Part shown: positions 32,762 to 48,494 of the stretch, in pieces
How positions within the stretch are numbered: position 1 is the stretch's first letter
Layout of the letters: each line of letters begins with the position of its first letter
Assembly (NCBI RefSeq): GCF_009914755.1
Contig: NC_060939.1
DNA from: the human T2T-CHM13v2.0 reference genome, Homo sapiens
DNA: 64,000 nt
Direction: 5' to 3' (one strand)
Notes under the pieces: generated by a model
Databases searched by the model: none
Told to the model about the DNA's origin: nothing
What the model saw: the letters and a program-made list of their open reading frames with translations, nothing else
Program-made: the position numbers and the translations under genes

Positions 32762-33208
32762 TGTTGCAGGCTGAAAGAATGAGGGTCATGATCAACTCAG
32801 TATACCACTGGAGGCTCTGTGAGTAAACAGCAAACTGTTTTCATGAAAGCAGGATGTTGGCAAACTGACAAACTGCGTCTGCCGCCCAGAAGGAATGCTG
32901 AGGGCAGTCACGCCCCAAGCAGTGTTTCTTGTGGTTAGGCACATCTGAAGCCTGTTAGCAGTAATGTGAACCTGTGATCAATTAAGCAGCTGACCAATCG
33001 TTACCTCCTCCTCCCTGCTCTTTCTACCCAATAAATACGAAGGGCTGTAGAAGCTCAGGGCTGCCTTTGCTCACTAGAAGCAGGGAGCCTTCTTCTTCCC
33101 CGGACCCCTTCTTTAAAACGGTTTCTTTTGTTTTAAGTTTTCATTTCTGTATTCATCCTCCTTCGTTCAGTCCTGTGGTAACCATAGTAACCATGGCAAA
33201 CTGCAGCA
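32762..33208 (+). mobile_element. Solo LTR3-type (HERV-K HML-6, ERV class II) LTR
   Basis: TG...CA ends; 6-bp TSD TATCTC (32756-32761, 33209-33214); GATCAACTCAGTATACCACTGGAGGC and CCAATAAATACGAAGGGCTG match recalled LTR3; inserted in an L2 3' end. Confidence 0.85.
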
Positions 33209-33419
33209 TATCTCCAGTACCTACTACAGTGCCTGGCAGTGGGCATTTAGTGAATATCTCCTGAATGAATAGACAAAGCATACAGCTAGACTCAGAATCT
33301 CAGACTCTTGCCTCTCAATCCAGTGCTCCTTTCAGTCTGTCACTATGATGTTGGAGTCCAGTTCTGCCTCAAGGCCCGACTCTAATTCCACTTATTCTGG
33401 AAAACCATCTCTGTTCACC

Positions 33420-34320
<901 letters not shown>

Positions 34321-34869
34321 TATGAGGTAACCTGTAGCTTTCTTTAACAAAATCTAGTCCAGAACCTCTTTATTTGTCAATAAAAGAAATCTATCTGTAA
34401 ATACCGTAATATATTAAAGCAGAATGAGTCGTTAAGCTGTGCTACCTATAAGCCTGATCACATGTTACTCTCCATCATCATTTCCTTCTATTAGTAACGT
34501 TTTACTTAGCTGTTCCTCCAGGCTCAGCTGTGCTGCAGAGAATTAAGGGAAGGGCCATTTGTCCTTTGGGTCGGAACATAAATGGCCAGGAAGCCTCCCC
34601 TAAGGTCATGGTGTGGTGGCTGTTGTCTCCAAGTAGAAAGTGAATGCAGCACAGAGAACAATGCAATGAATTGTGAGGGAGGACCAGTTCTCCCTCCACA
34701 CAAGGAGACTCTCTAGCAATTGCCAAGGCTGCATGTCCAGCCCTCAATGCTTCCTTCTGCCTCCCAATACCTATAAAGCTCCTCCCTATACCATTGAAAA
34801 ATGTTACCAAGCCTTGCATGACGGGCTAATTTTGCACCTCTCCACATCCAGTCTCCCCATCTAGAACAC

Positions 34870-35105
34870 GAGTTCATTATAACAACGTCTTACATGCTAC
34901 AGCTTTTCACAGTTTACAAAGCATTTCCCACAATAGGAAAAATAAAGCATTCATTATCCCATTATTTCACTTGGTTATCACAACGACCAATCATGTTCAT
35001 TTCATAAACAAGATAACTAGGCTTCAGAATGGAGAATGCCTTGTTCAAGGTCCCCAGCTGGCAGGTAATAGAGCCAGAATTTGAACCCAAGTCCTTTGGA
35101 CCTCA
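34870..35105 (-). mobile_element. MIR
   Basis: CTTGTTCAAGGTCCCCAGCTGG...AGAGCCAGAATTTGAACCCAAGTC. Confidence 0.6.
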
Positions 35106-35789
35106 AAGGAAATATGCTGAGGGTGGCTGAGTCACTTTCTTGGGGAAGATGATCTCTTGCAATGACCCTCCTCAGACACCATGAGTCTTATCTGAAGATA
35201 AAGCACTCTCTTTGGGCAAGTTCTCCATTCAAGATCTGCTAAGGCTGGTATAATGTTGTTTCACCTCCTGGCCCCAGAAGTTTGAGGTGCTCATAATTTC
35301 TTCAGGGAGCATCTTGGGTACCAGCTCTACTATGATGGCCAATGCTCAAATGGGGCAGGGCAACTAAACAGCTGAGGTAGGCTCTCTCCACTGTTGGGGT
35401 TGGGGTTTTAGTGGCTAATACAAGGCATTCTTTTAATCCCTTCTCAAACTTGGAAACAACTGAGAGACGGACACAGGAGTCAGGCATATGGAGGTCAAAA
35501 TGGTGGAGAACATGGCTTAGTCTGCTGGCCAAGTGAGCTTGCTAACACTTTGCCCCTGAATTTGGCAGACTTATTCAGAGATGTTGGTAGTGCAGGAAAA
35601 CCACAAGTCTCCCATGGCCACTGGAAAACTTAGGGCAGCATGGAGAAGCAGAACCACTCATCTGCTCTCTGTAGGACGCCGGTCCCAGGCTTGCTCAAGT
35701 CCTTCCGCCTCAGTTGTCCACCAGAAAACTCATTCCTGAAGCCAGGAGGGGAAGCAAGTAAAAGGAGGCCACACATGTCACAATAATGA

Positions 35790-36350
35790 AGTGATTCTCT
35801 GCCCCAGCTACACATTAGAATCAACTAGGGAGCTTGAAAAAAACACCAGTGCCAAAATAGATATACACAACAATGTCCAGGTTCCAGCCCCAGCGATTTA
35901 AATGCAATTGATCTGGGGATGGGGCCCAGCTTGCATAGCAGAGTAATGCACTTTAATGTGCTGTAATGCACTGCTTCTCGAATGTTGATGCACATTGGAT
36001 TACCTGGGGAACCTTAAAAAATCCCAACCCTAGACCACACCAATTAAATCAGAATCCCTGGAGGGGAGACCCAGGCATCAGTATATTTTTAAGACTCCCC
36101 AGGTGATTCCAATATGCAGCCAAAATTGAGAACAGGTGCTCAAATGTGGTTGTGTTGTTGTTGTTATCGTTTCAAATTTGAGTGTTCAGCAGAATCACAA
36201 GAAATGTTTGTTAAAAGATGGACTTCTGGGCCTCACCCCCAGAGTTTCTGACTCAGTAGGTTTGGGTTGGGGGCCTGAGAATCTCCATTTCTAACAAGCT
36301 CCCAGGTGGTGTGGATACTACTGGTTTGGAGACCACACTTTGAGACCTGC
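35790..36350. mobile_element. Cluster of about three MER5A/MER5B hAT MITEs
   Basis: Repeated AGAATCA.CTGGGGA, CCAATTAAATCAGAATC, CTCCCCAGGTGATTC, TTTCTAACAAGCTCCCAGGTG. Confidence 0.7.
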
Positions 36351-37064
36351 TCCTTCACAGGGTGTGCAGAGAAGCGTTTCCTTCATCAGCTGAGAAAGCC
36401 ATGGTAAGACCTGATGTGATAACTTTCATCCCTGCAGGTCCACAGAAAAATATGCCAAAGTCAGTAGCATTGGCCTACATGATGTTTTAAAGAGGGTTCA
36501 TAGATTCTGACTTTAAAAAAGAGCTGCCTCATCGTGGCTAGTGTCAGAATGCCCAAGATGCTCTTTATTTTGGTGCTCTCCTTCTCACAGTTGGGAAACT
36601 CATTTCTGGTTTTTACCAGGTTAATGGTTGGTTATAGTTGAAACAGAGATGCCTTCTGAGTATTGACATTTTCTCTTGAGAAGTGCTCCCATCTACGTAG
36701 CTCTAATTGGACCACTCCATTCTTACAAGTCCCTGTTTCCCTGTTTCGTTCAGGGGTGGTCACCAGACTCAAGCCAGGCCATCCAGAAGCCCTGGAAAAT
36801 TTTTGGGTTAAAACTGAGGAAAGAGAGTCAGTTTCTCTCTTCTCCGTGTTATAAGCTATGAGATGTGAGACTTGGGGTGAAACTAGGTTTCCTCTCTACT
36901 GTGAGCTCCTCAAGGACAGAGTGTTATTTACTGCCATATTTCTCAGTGTTTAGCATAGTTAGTGGCACAAAGCAGGGCATCAAATAAATATTATACACAG
37001 TTTTGATGAGGTATAAGTGACATACAATGAACGGTGCATATTTAAAGTATTCAATTTGATATGT

Positions 37065-37975
37065 TTTGACATATTTATACACTCTAATAAACAGATTTTC
37101 AGATTGAATTAAAAAAATAATACCCGACTATATGCTGTCTCTGAGATAGCCATTTCAAATATGAAGCCACAAATAGATTTAAAGTAGGAGAATTGAAAAA
37201 GTATCCCATGCAGACATTAATTAAAGAGAAGCCAGAATGACTGTATTCATATCAAAGTGGATTTCAGAAGAAGAAATATTATCAGGGAATCATAGTGATA
37301 TTACATAATGATAATGGGGTCAATTCACCAGGAGCACATAACAATCCGAAATGGTGTGTACAACAATGCTTTATTATGCATGAAGCAGAAACTGAAATGC
37401 AAAATAGACAAGTCCTCAATTATAGCTGGCTATTTTAACACCTTTCTTTCAGTGATTGATAGAAAAAGTAGACAGAAAATCTGTAAGGATATGGGAGACA
37501 TACAACACAATCCATCAACTGGATCTAATAGCATCGTCTACCTAATAATAGCAGAATATGCATTCTTTCCAGGTGCGCACAGAGCATTCACTAAGATAGG
37601 CTGTGTTCCAGACTATAAAATAAGTCTCAACAAATTTAAATTTATTGCCAGGCACGGTGGGGCATGCCTGTAGTCCCAGCTATGCAGGAGGATCCCTTGA
37701 GCTCAGGATTTGAGACCAGCTTAGGCAACATAGTGAGACCCCCATCTAAAAAAAAATAAATAAAAAGTAGTGAAATCATGCAAACTATGTTGTCTAACCA
37801 CAAAGGAATATACTACTAAAAGTCAAAAAGAAAAAGATATCTTGAAAATCCTCAAAGAATTGGAAATTGAACAACACACTTCTAAAAAGAAACCAAAGAA
37901 TAAATAATAATGGAAATTTAAAAATATTTTAATAGTCCATTACATTAAAGAGATGTGAAAATAAGAAAACATATT
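37065..37975 (+). mobile_element. Old L1 (L1M) ORF2 endonuclease-region fossil
   Basis: ORF 37308-37673 (GSIHQEHITI...IIAGYFNTFLSVIDRKSRQKI) resembles L1 EN (GSIQQEELTI...GDFNTPLS.LDRSTRQK); catalytic D is lost. Contains an Alu monomer at 37647-37765. Confidence 0.82.
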
Positions 37976-37978
37976 TAG

Positions 37979-38297
37979 GGCCAGGCGCAGTGGCTTATGC
38001 CTGTAATCCTAGCACTTTGGGAGGCCAAGGCAGGTAGATCACTTGCTCTCAGGAGTTTGAGACCAGCCTGGGCAACATGGTGAAACCCCGTTTCTACAAA
38101 AAATACAAAAATTAGCTGGGCGTGGTGGCTTGTGCCTGTACTCCCAGCTACTTTAGGGAGCTGAGGCAGAAGATTCCCTTGAGCCCAGAAGGCAGAGGTT
38201 CCAGTGAATGGAGATGGCGTCACTGCACTCCAGCCTGGGTCACAGAGTGAGACCCTGTCTCAAAAAAAAAAAAAAAAAAAAGAAGAAGGAGGAGGAG
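37979..38297 (+). mobile_element. Alu
   Basis: TSD AAACATATTTAG. Confidence 0.92.
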
Positions 38298-38332
38298 GAA
38301 ACATATTTAGTATACTTATATTCACATTTATC

Positions 38333-38647
38333 TTTTCTCTTTTCTTTCTTTTTTTTTTTTTTTTTTGAGATGGAGTCTCAGTCTGTGGCCCAGGCTGGAG
38401 TGCAGTGGCCCAGCTCGGCTCACTACAACCTCCACCTCCCGATTTCAAGCAATTCTCCTGCCTCAGCCTCCCAAGTAGCTGGGATTATAGGCACATGCCA
38501 CCATGCCCAGCTATTTTTTGTATTTTTAGTAGAGATGTTGTTTTGCCATGTTGGCCAGGCTGGTCTCGAACTCCTGAACTCAGGTGATCCACCTGCCTCG
38601 GCCTCCCAAAGTGCTGGGATTACAGGCATGAGCCACTGTGCCCAGCC
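38333..38647 (-). mobile_element. Alu (S-type)
   Basis: TSD CACATTTATC. Confidence 0.92.
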
Positions 38648-39319
38648 ACATTTATCATTTCTATACTCTTCATTCTTATGTGTGGATGCAAATTTCCATC
38701 TGGTATCATTTTCCTTCTGCCTGATGAACTCTCTAAACTTTTGCCTGAGAAAGTCTTTATTTCACCTTCTCTTTTGAAACATATTTTGGCTAGGCACAGC
38801 GGCTCACTCCTGTAAACCCAGCATTTTGGGAGGCCAAGACAGGAGGCCCAGGAGCTTAAGACCAGCCTGGGCAACATGGTGACATCTCATCTTAAAAAAA
38901 TAGAAAAAGGAGAGAAAGAAAGGAAGGAAGGAAGGAAGGGTATTTTTTTTTTGTCAGGTATAGTATTCCAAGTTAACAGATTCTTTTTTCAATTCTTTAA
39001 AGATGTCATTCCATTATTTTTTGCTTGGCATAATTTCGGTGAAAATTCTACTATAATCCTTGCCTTTGTTCCATTGAACATAATACGTCGTTTTTTTTCT
39101 GGCCGCTATTCAATTATTTTATTTATCACTGGTTTTTCAGCAATTTGATTATAATGTGCCTTGATGTTTATTGTTTTCTTTATATTTGTTCCATTTGGAG
39201 TTCATTGAGCTTCTTGGATCTATAGGTTTATAGCTTTCCTCGAATTTGGAAAATCTTATGCCATTATTTCTTCTCATAAGTTTCTATTCTTCTACCCTTC
39301 TGCAACTCTAGTTACACTT

Positions 39320-40101
<782 letters not shown>

Positions 40102-40409
40102 TCACTTTTTTTCATTCTCGTTTTTCTCTGTTTTCTTCATTTTGGGTAAATATTGCTATGTCTTCACATTCACTGACCTCTTTTTTCTAGTGTTTAACCT
40201 GCTCTCAATCCAAACTTGTATAGATTTCATTTCAGATAATTGTGTTTTTCATTCTAGAAATTCCATTTGGGTCTTTTAATATATTTTCTTTGTCTCCTCG
40301 TTATTTTTATGTTTTCCTTTTCATCTTAAGCATATTTGTAAGATTTAAAAATAGCTTTAAAATCCTTGTCTGCTAATTCTATCATCTTTGTCATTTGCAG
40401 GTTTTTGGC

Positions 40410-40725
40410 TTTTTTTTTTTTTTTTTTAAGAGACAAAATCTCTCTCTCACTCTGTCACCCAGGCTGGCGTACAGGGTGACACAATCATAGCTCACTGCAG
40501 TATCCAATTCATGGGCTCAAGAGATCCTACTGCTTCTGCTTCCTAAGTAGCTGGGACTACAAGCATGCTCTACCACACCCTGCTAAATAAAAAAAAAATT
40601 TTTTTTGGACAGGTGGGGTCTCATGATGTTGCCCAAACTGGTTTTGAATTCCTGACCTCAAGCAATAATCCCGCCTCAGCCTCCCAAAGCGCTGAGATTA
40701 CAGGCATGAGTCACCGTGCCCAGCC
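40410..40725 (-). mobile_element. AluJ
   Basis: Antisense Alu with J diagnostics. Confidence 0.9.
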
Positions 40726-41653
40726 CATTTCTAGTATTTTCTAATGATGCATTTTTCTCTTCACTATAGGTCATCTTCCTGCTGATTTGTATGCCTGGTA
40801 GTTTTTCACTGGATGCTCTACATGGTAAATTTTACCTTGCTGATTGCTACCCTTTGTTGCTTTTCTTTAAGGAGTATTGGGCTTTGTTTGGCATGCAGTT
40901 AAACTATTGCATATCAGTTTGATCCTTTTGAGGCTTGTTTTTCTGCAGTTACGGAATCAGAACAGCCATTTTTCTAGGTGTATTTATGTCTTCTGTCAAG
41001 GCCTTCTGCTTCTGAGAATGCCCTCTATTTTACAAAGTCTCTTTACTCTGGCTCATGGGAACAAAAACGAGTTCTAGCTGTGTGTGAGCTCCAGGAATTA
41101 TTTGAACAACTGTTTTCCAGTGGTTTTTACCCCACCCTCCTGGAGTTTCACCCCAGGCATGTACAGATCATCACTCAGCCAAAGACTAGTTTAGAGGATC
41201 CTTTTGCAGATCTCTAGAGCTTTCTGGTGTGCAGCTTCCTCCTTCCCTGTAGGCTGCCCCACAGGTTCCACCTCAGCCTCCCCAAATTCCAGTCTCTGTC
41301 TTCTAAACTCAACAAGGCTGGTGGTTCTGGATGGGTCCCTCTCCCTGCGCTAGAGCCAGAAAACTGCCTGAAGGCAGCAATTGCAGAACTCCCAATACCT
41401 GTGCCCCTTCACTCAGGGATTGCAGTCCTGTGCTGCCCACGTTGTTTTATATATTTTGCTTGGTTTACTAGTTGTTTATAATGGGATTGCAATTTTTGTA
41501 GCACTTAATCCTTCATAGGAAGAAGTACAAGTTAGAGTTAACTACTTTTAACTGTTTCTCTTTTAGTTCTTCTACTAGTTGCTTTCATAAGGTTAAATAA
41601 TATTCTGAAGCCAACATTTTTTTAATCTTTCAACTTCCTGCTATGAATGATGA

Positions 41654-42087
<434 letters not shown>

Positions 42088-42149
42088 TCACTCCATCATC
42101 TTTTGATAATATCTTTGGATCTTCAATTACTGTGTAAGATGAGGTTATT

Positions 42150-42573
42150 GGCTGGGCAAGGTGTCACGCCTGTAATCCCAGCAGTTTCGGAGGCCCAGGC
42201 AGGTGGATCACCTGAGGTCAGGAGTTTGAGACCAGCCTGGCCAACATGGTGAAACCCCGTCTCTACAAAAAATACAAAAATTAGCTGGGCTTGGGGGCGC
42301 ACGCCTGTTATCCCAGCTACTTGGGAGGCTGAGGCACGAGAATCACTTGAACCCGGGAGGCAGAGATTGCAGTAAGCCCAGATGGCAGTGAGCCAAGATC
42401 ACGCCACTGCTCTCCAGCCTGGGTGACAAAGCAAGACTGTCACAAAAAAAAGGTTTTTTGAAAAAAAAGATCTTGAACCCGGGTGGCAGAGGTTGCAGTG
42501 AGCCGAGATCGCACCACTGCATTCCAGCCTGGGCAACAGAGCGAGACTCCGTCTCAAAAAAAAAAAAAAAAAA
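42150..42573 (+). mobile_element. Alu plus an extra right-arm 3' segment
   Basis: Full Alu to ~42451, then a second CTTGAACCCGGG...CTCAAAA segment at 42472-42573. Confidence 0.88.
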
Positions 42574-42799
42574 ATGAGGCTAACACCCTACCCTTCCCTT
42601 CATTTCTATTTCCTGACTTCCAACTCCCTGCTTATTTAATAACCTATACCCTTTATTCCCACATTGCTGTAGTTCCTACCATTTATATTTTGCTGTGTAA
42701 ACATATTTAAATCTTCTGTGCTTTGCCTAGGGATTACTTCCAAAAGTTGAAAACTAATAGAAAATAATGTATATTATTGTCATTAAGAAAATATTTACT

Positions 42800-43145
<346 letters not shown>

Positions 43146-43409
43146 TTACAATTCCTTCTTTATGAGGTCAATAATACAAACCCGTAATACTTGAATGAGT
43201 CGAGGTCAAATGGATTCTATTTTGCTTCATATTTGGACCATGACTTTGTTGTACACATTCTTTCCTAAAATTTCTAATTACCTTCCTCTTGTCGAGAAAA
43301 CTAATGTAAGACTAAGCCACTAAGCTCTTCCAGCTTCTTATCTACCATTTTTGCTGAGAATCAATTCTACTCTTCTTCCTGAAGACATTCTTGTTGGATT
43401 CTACTGATC

Positions 43410-43724
<315 letters not shown>

Positions 43725-43809
43725 TGATATGAAATGATTGGCTTCTAGATCTGTTACAGTATGGTCTTAGTGAAACTCTTTTCCCCAGATGAGCACTACA
43801 GGAAGTATT

Positions 43810-44820
43810 GTAATGAACACTGGTAGATTCCCCAACTCACATCCCACTCAGAGGATTAGTCTAGATTAACAATAATAATCCCATTCATTTTGCTAGCGAT
43901 TGGTTCAGAATTGTGACTCAATTCTGGCTAATGAGACACAAGAATAAATTAGCAAGGGGACTTCTGGGAAAGATTTTCGTCCCTAAGACGGGAAAAAACA
44001 GAAAACACAGTCCTTTTTCTTTGTCTGGACATTGTCATATCTAATTAGATATGACACCTGGAATTGTGGCAGCCATCTTGCTGTCAGCTTGAAGCTGAAG
44101 CCAACACTAAGGTGGCAGAACAGAGATATGGAAACAACCTGAGCTTCAGATGATATCATGGAGCTAATGACTCAACTAATTCTGGAAGCCCTGCATCTGG
44201 ACTTTCTGTTTCCTTATTGCTTAAGCCAGTTTCCTGTCTCTTAGAACCAAATATTTTGTATGTAAAAAATTCTGTTAGTTTCTTGCACAATACTTTTTCT
44301 CCTCTTCTTTATTACTAGGAGAACCTCATTTTTTCCCACAGAGAGGCATTATACAAAAGAAAAGAAAGAAAGAAGGCAAGAAGGCAAGAAGGAAGGCAAG
44401 AAGGAAAGAAGGAAGGGAGGGAGAGAAAGAGGCTTTGCCCTTCAGATTCCTTTTTTCAGCTAGAGATGACTCTAAGACCCATCTAATTCTAGCGAATGAG
44501 ATACAGATACAAATTTCTGAGTAGGGCCTCAGGAAAACCTTTTTAATGGGAATAAATTTGGTCTTCATACTTCCTCCTTCCTTCTCACTGAGAATGGAGA
44601 TTTGATGCTTGGAATTACTGCAGCCATCTTGTGATAGGGAGGGTGAAGACCAAATGCTAGGGATGGCAGAAATGGAAAAAGAAGATGTCAGGAAAACTTA
44701 GGACATCCCTGAGCTGCTAAGCCAGTCATAAAATGCCTGTGACCAGACATTCTGTGATGTGGGAAAAATAAAACCTTATTTCTTTAAGCTGCCATTAATT
44801 GCAATATAGATAATACATCA
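43810..44820 (+). mobile_element. Two old MaLR (MLT1J/K/L-type) LTR fragments
   Basis: Both 43810-44240 and 44480-44820 carry CTGGAATT..GCAGCCATCTTG and TT.(C)TTAAGC motifs. Confidence 0.6.
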
Positions 44821-44829
44821 AGAATCCAA

Positions 44830-45850
44830 CCGCTTCCTCTTCCTTGGTTTTCACCTTCATTTTGCTTGATGATATCCTCAAGATTCTCTCTCTTAAAAAG
44901 TATGTGAGATAGATGCTTTCTTAGCCTTTGTCTGTCTGAAAATTCCTTATTTTGTTCTCATACTTGATTGATAGTTTGGATGTATTATACAGTGCTAGCT
45001 TAAAAACAATTTTCTCTCACAAGTCTTAAGACATTGCTCCATTTTCTTCTGGCATTTAATGTTACCGATGAGAAGTCCACTATTAATTTGATTTTGCACC
45101 AATGCAAGTAGTTTAAAAAATTTTGGGGGGGAGCTTTTAAAAAATTTTATTTTTGGTGTTCTGAAATTTCACAATGATATGTCAAGGTATGGGTCTTTTT
45201 CACTCATTATGTGCAATACTTGCTGGGCTCTTTCAATCTGAAAACTATTATGTCTTTATTACTTGAGATAAATTATGACCTTCTGTGCTCTTTTATTCTC
45301 TTTCTGAATGTTTGACTTTCTGTATTGATTGTCTCTTATATTTTCTATCATATTTCCCATCTCTTTTGCTTTTTCCTCTATGTTCTAAGAGATCTCCTTT
45401 ATCTGCCAATTCTTCCATTACATTTCTAATTTCAGCCATTACAATTAAAATTTTAAGAACAGTTTCTTGGTTGGGTGTGGTGGCTCATGCCTATAATCCC
45501 AGCACTTTGGAAGGCCAAGGCAGAAGGATTGCCTGAGTCCAGGAGTTTGAGACCAGCCCATGCAACAAAGTGAGACCTTGTCTTCTTAGTAAATAACAAC
45601 AACGACAAAATTAATAATAACAAGGAACAGTTTCTTATTCTATGATTGTTCCTTTACCATAGCAATCTATACTTGTTTATGGATATGTTATATTTTAAAA
45701 GTCTCTCTGGAAATATAGTTTGTAACGGTTTTCTGTTGTCTGCATTCTTTATTCCTTTTGAGCCAGTTTTTTAAAAAATATATTTTTATCATGATCTGTT
45801 TCTTTTATTTGTATGTGCAATGATATACATTTGCTTTTTTATATTTAAGA
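44830..45850 (-). mobile_element. Old L1 (L1ME-type) fragment with nested Alu monomer (45469-45600, +)
   Basis: T-rich degenerate antisense ORF1-like sequence (GACATTGCTCCATTTTCTTCTGGCAT...TGAGAAGTC...TCTGAAATTTCACAATGAT). Confidence 0.55.
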
Positions 45851-45856
45851 AAGAGA

Positions 45857-46154
45857 GGCCGGGCGCGGTGGCTCACGCCTGTAATCCCAGCACTTTGGGA
45901 GGCCGAGGCGGGCAGATCACGAGGTCAGGAGATCAAGACCATCCTGGCTAACACAGTGAAACCCCGTCTCTACTAAAAATACAAAAAATTAGCCTGGTGA
46001 GGTGGCGGGTGCCTGTAGTCCCAGCTACTCGGGAGGCTGAGGCAGGAGAATGGCGTGAACCCCGGGGGGCGGAGCCTGCAGTGAGCCGAGATCGCGCCCC
46101 TGCACTCCAGCCTGGGCGACAGCGAGACTCCATCTCAAAAAAAAAAAAAAAAAA
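45857..46154 (+). mobile_element. Young AluY subfamily (Ye5/Yf5-like)
   Basis: Diagnostics GAGGTGGCGGG, GAACCCCGGGGGGCGGAGCCTGCAG and GGCGACAGCGAGAC; most CpGs intact; TSD ~AAAGAGA. Confidence 0.88.
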
Positions 46155-46436
46155 GAGAAACCGTGTTGATTTTTCTGGGTACCAGTTTTGAGTTTCCTGG
46201 GTACTGCATGAAGCTAGGTCTGTTTTCCCATTTAGTATCTCCTGGAAGGAAAAAGTTGGCCAGGCATAATAATGAAGTTTGTTCATGAAGTTTGTTCCGG
46301 GCATAAGATGAAGTTTGTTACTATAGTGAGACTGGGCTAGGAGTTGACTTTTAGCACTGGGGGAAGGGTATTCTCTATGGTTAGTCCCATCTAGCTGAGC
46401 TCTACATGACTAGAGATAGCAAAGGGCGTGGTCTAA

Positions 46437-47021
<585 letters not shown>

Positions 47022-47786
47022 TAATTGAGTTTCAGGAGGGAGAGAAGGCAAATGTTTGTGCTTGGTCCATCATCTTTGCTAAAATTTTATTTTTAATTTT
47101 TCATCCATCTTCATAAATGAGATTGTTATATAGCTTTTCTTTTCCTTTATGTCATGTTTCTTTGGTTTTGGGTTCAGGGTTACAGGAACTTTAAAGAATG
47201 GTTGGTTCACATTCCATGTATTTCTATGCCCTGGGATAGTTTAAATTCATCCACATATTGATCCAGTAACTTACTGCATTACAGTCACCTGGGAATATAT
47301 TTTAAAGTACATATTTCACTTGTCTTCGTATAATCACAGGAAAAATATGGAAGGATGTATATAAGTTGTTACATTTATACACAAACTAATAAAATTTGTT
47401 TCAGCAGGAGTAAGATCAGGGAGAAAATGGGGAGACAATTTTTCTTTTGTATATTGTTGGATGTTTTTTACAACCACTAAATGTAACTTCTGAAATGAAA
47501 AAAAAAAATCTTTATGAAAAATATAGATTCCCAGGCCAAATTTTGGAGACTTAAGTTTGTTGAGTCTGGGAAGCCAGGAAATCTATATATGTTTTTAAAA
47601 ATGTACCTAGGTAATTGTGATATGCAATCAAGTTTAGAAACCCCTAGTATAGATATTATAGGAATTAGTTTTTTCTTGAAATTGTGAAGTACTTACCTAT
47701 AGAACCCCACAGCCCTGAGGCTTGGTGGGGGAGGGCAGGGCAGGTGGACGGAATGTCGTTCTTTGACTCCTTTTTACAATTTGTCT

Positions 47787-48321
47787 TGTAGAGATCAAAA
47801 TATGCCACTCCAAAACATGCCACTTTGGCATACAATTATTTCAGATTCAACAGATGCAGAAAGAAGCCATCTCAGAGCTTCCCTTATCTCATGAGAAGCA
47901 GAAACTTCTGAGAAATGAGGACTGCTGTAAATCTCCTCTTCTAGGGAAGTTTTATGGCCACAGAGAAGATGAAGTTGGCGCCAAGATGGATCTGCACAAA
48001 CAAACCTTACTCCATTAATTTCCCTCATATATTTACTTTCCCATGGTTTACTGCCTTTGGGAGCCTAAGATTTTTTTTTTTTCCTTTGACTTGTCACTTC
48101 TCTACGAATTTATTGTTCTTTGTTAAGATGCATAAACCCACATTCTAACCACCTCTTTGAGTTTTTCATCATATCACTGAGTTTCTCCTGGGTACACGCC
48201 CACTGTACATGCTAATAAACTATTTGTTTTTCCCTTGTTAATCTGTTTTTTCTCAGTTAATTTTCAGAGCCCCAGCCAGAGAACCTATGTGGGTAGAGGA
48301 AAAAGCTCCCACCCTCTTACC
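47787..48321 (+). mobile_element. ERV1 solo LTR, MER34-like
   Basis: TGTAGAGATCAAAATATGCCAC...CACTTTGGCATA start; AATAAAC..TTTGTTTTTC.CTTGTTAATCTG; GAACCTA..TGGGTAGAGGAAAA end. Confidence 0.72.
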
Positions 48322-48494
48322 GTCAATTTTGGTATTTTATGCATCTCCTGGGAAATCATCCATTCTATTAAATTTATTAGTGAAAAATTAGATCTACTAA
48401 TTTTTTATTAGCTGTACACTTACCCTTTTTATCTTTATTTTGAACTCCTTTCTTATTCTTAGTATTTGTGATTACTCTGTTTTTCAAAAAAAAA

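Noticed and set aside
37308-37673. Endonuclease-like 121-aa ORF as a domesticated gene
   Set aside because: Degenerate L1 ORF2 fragment with the catalytic GDFN changed to GYFN; truncated and running into an Alu monomer.
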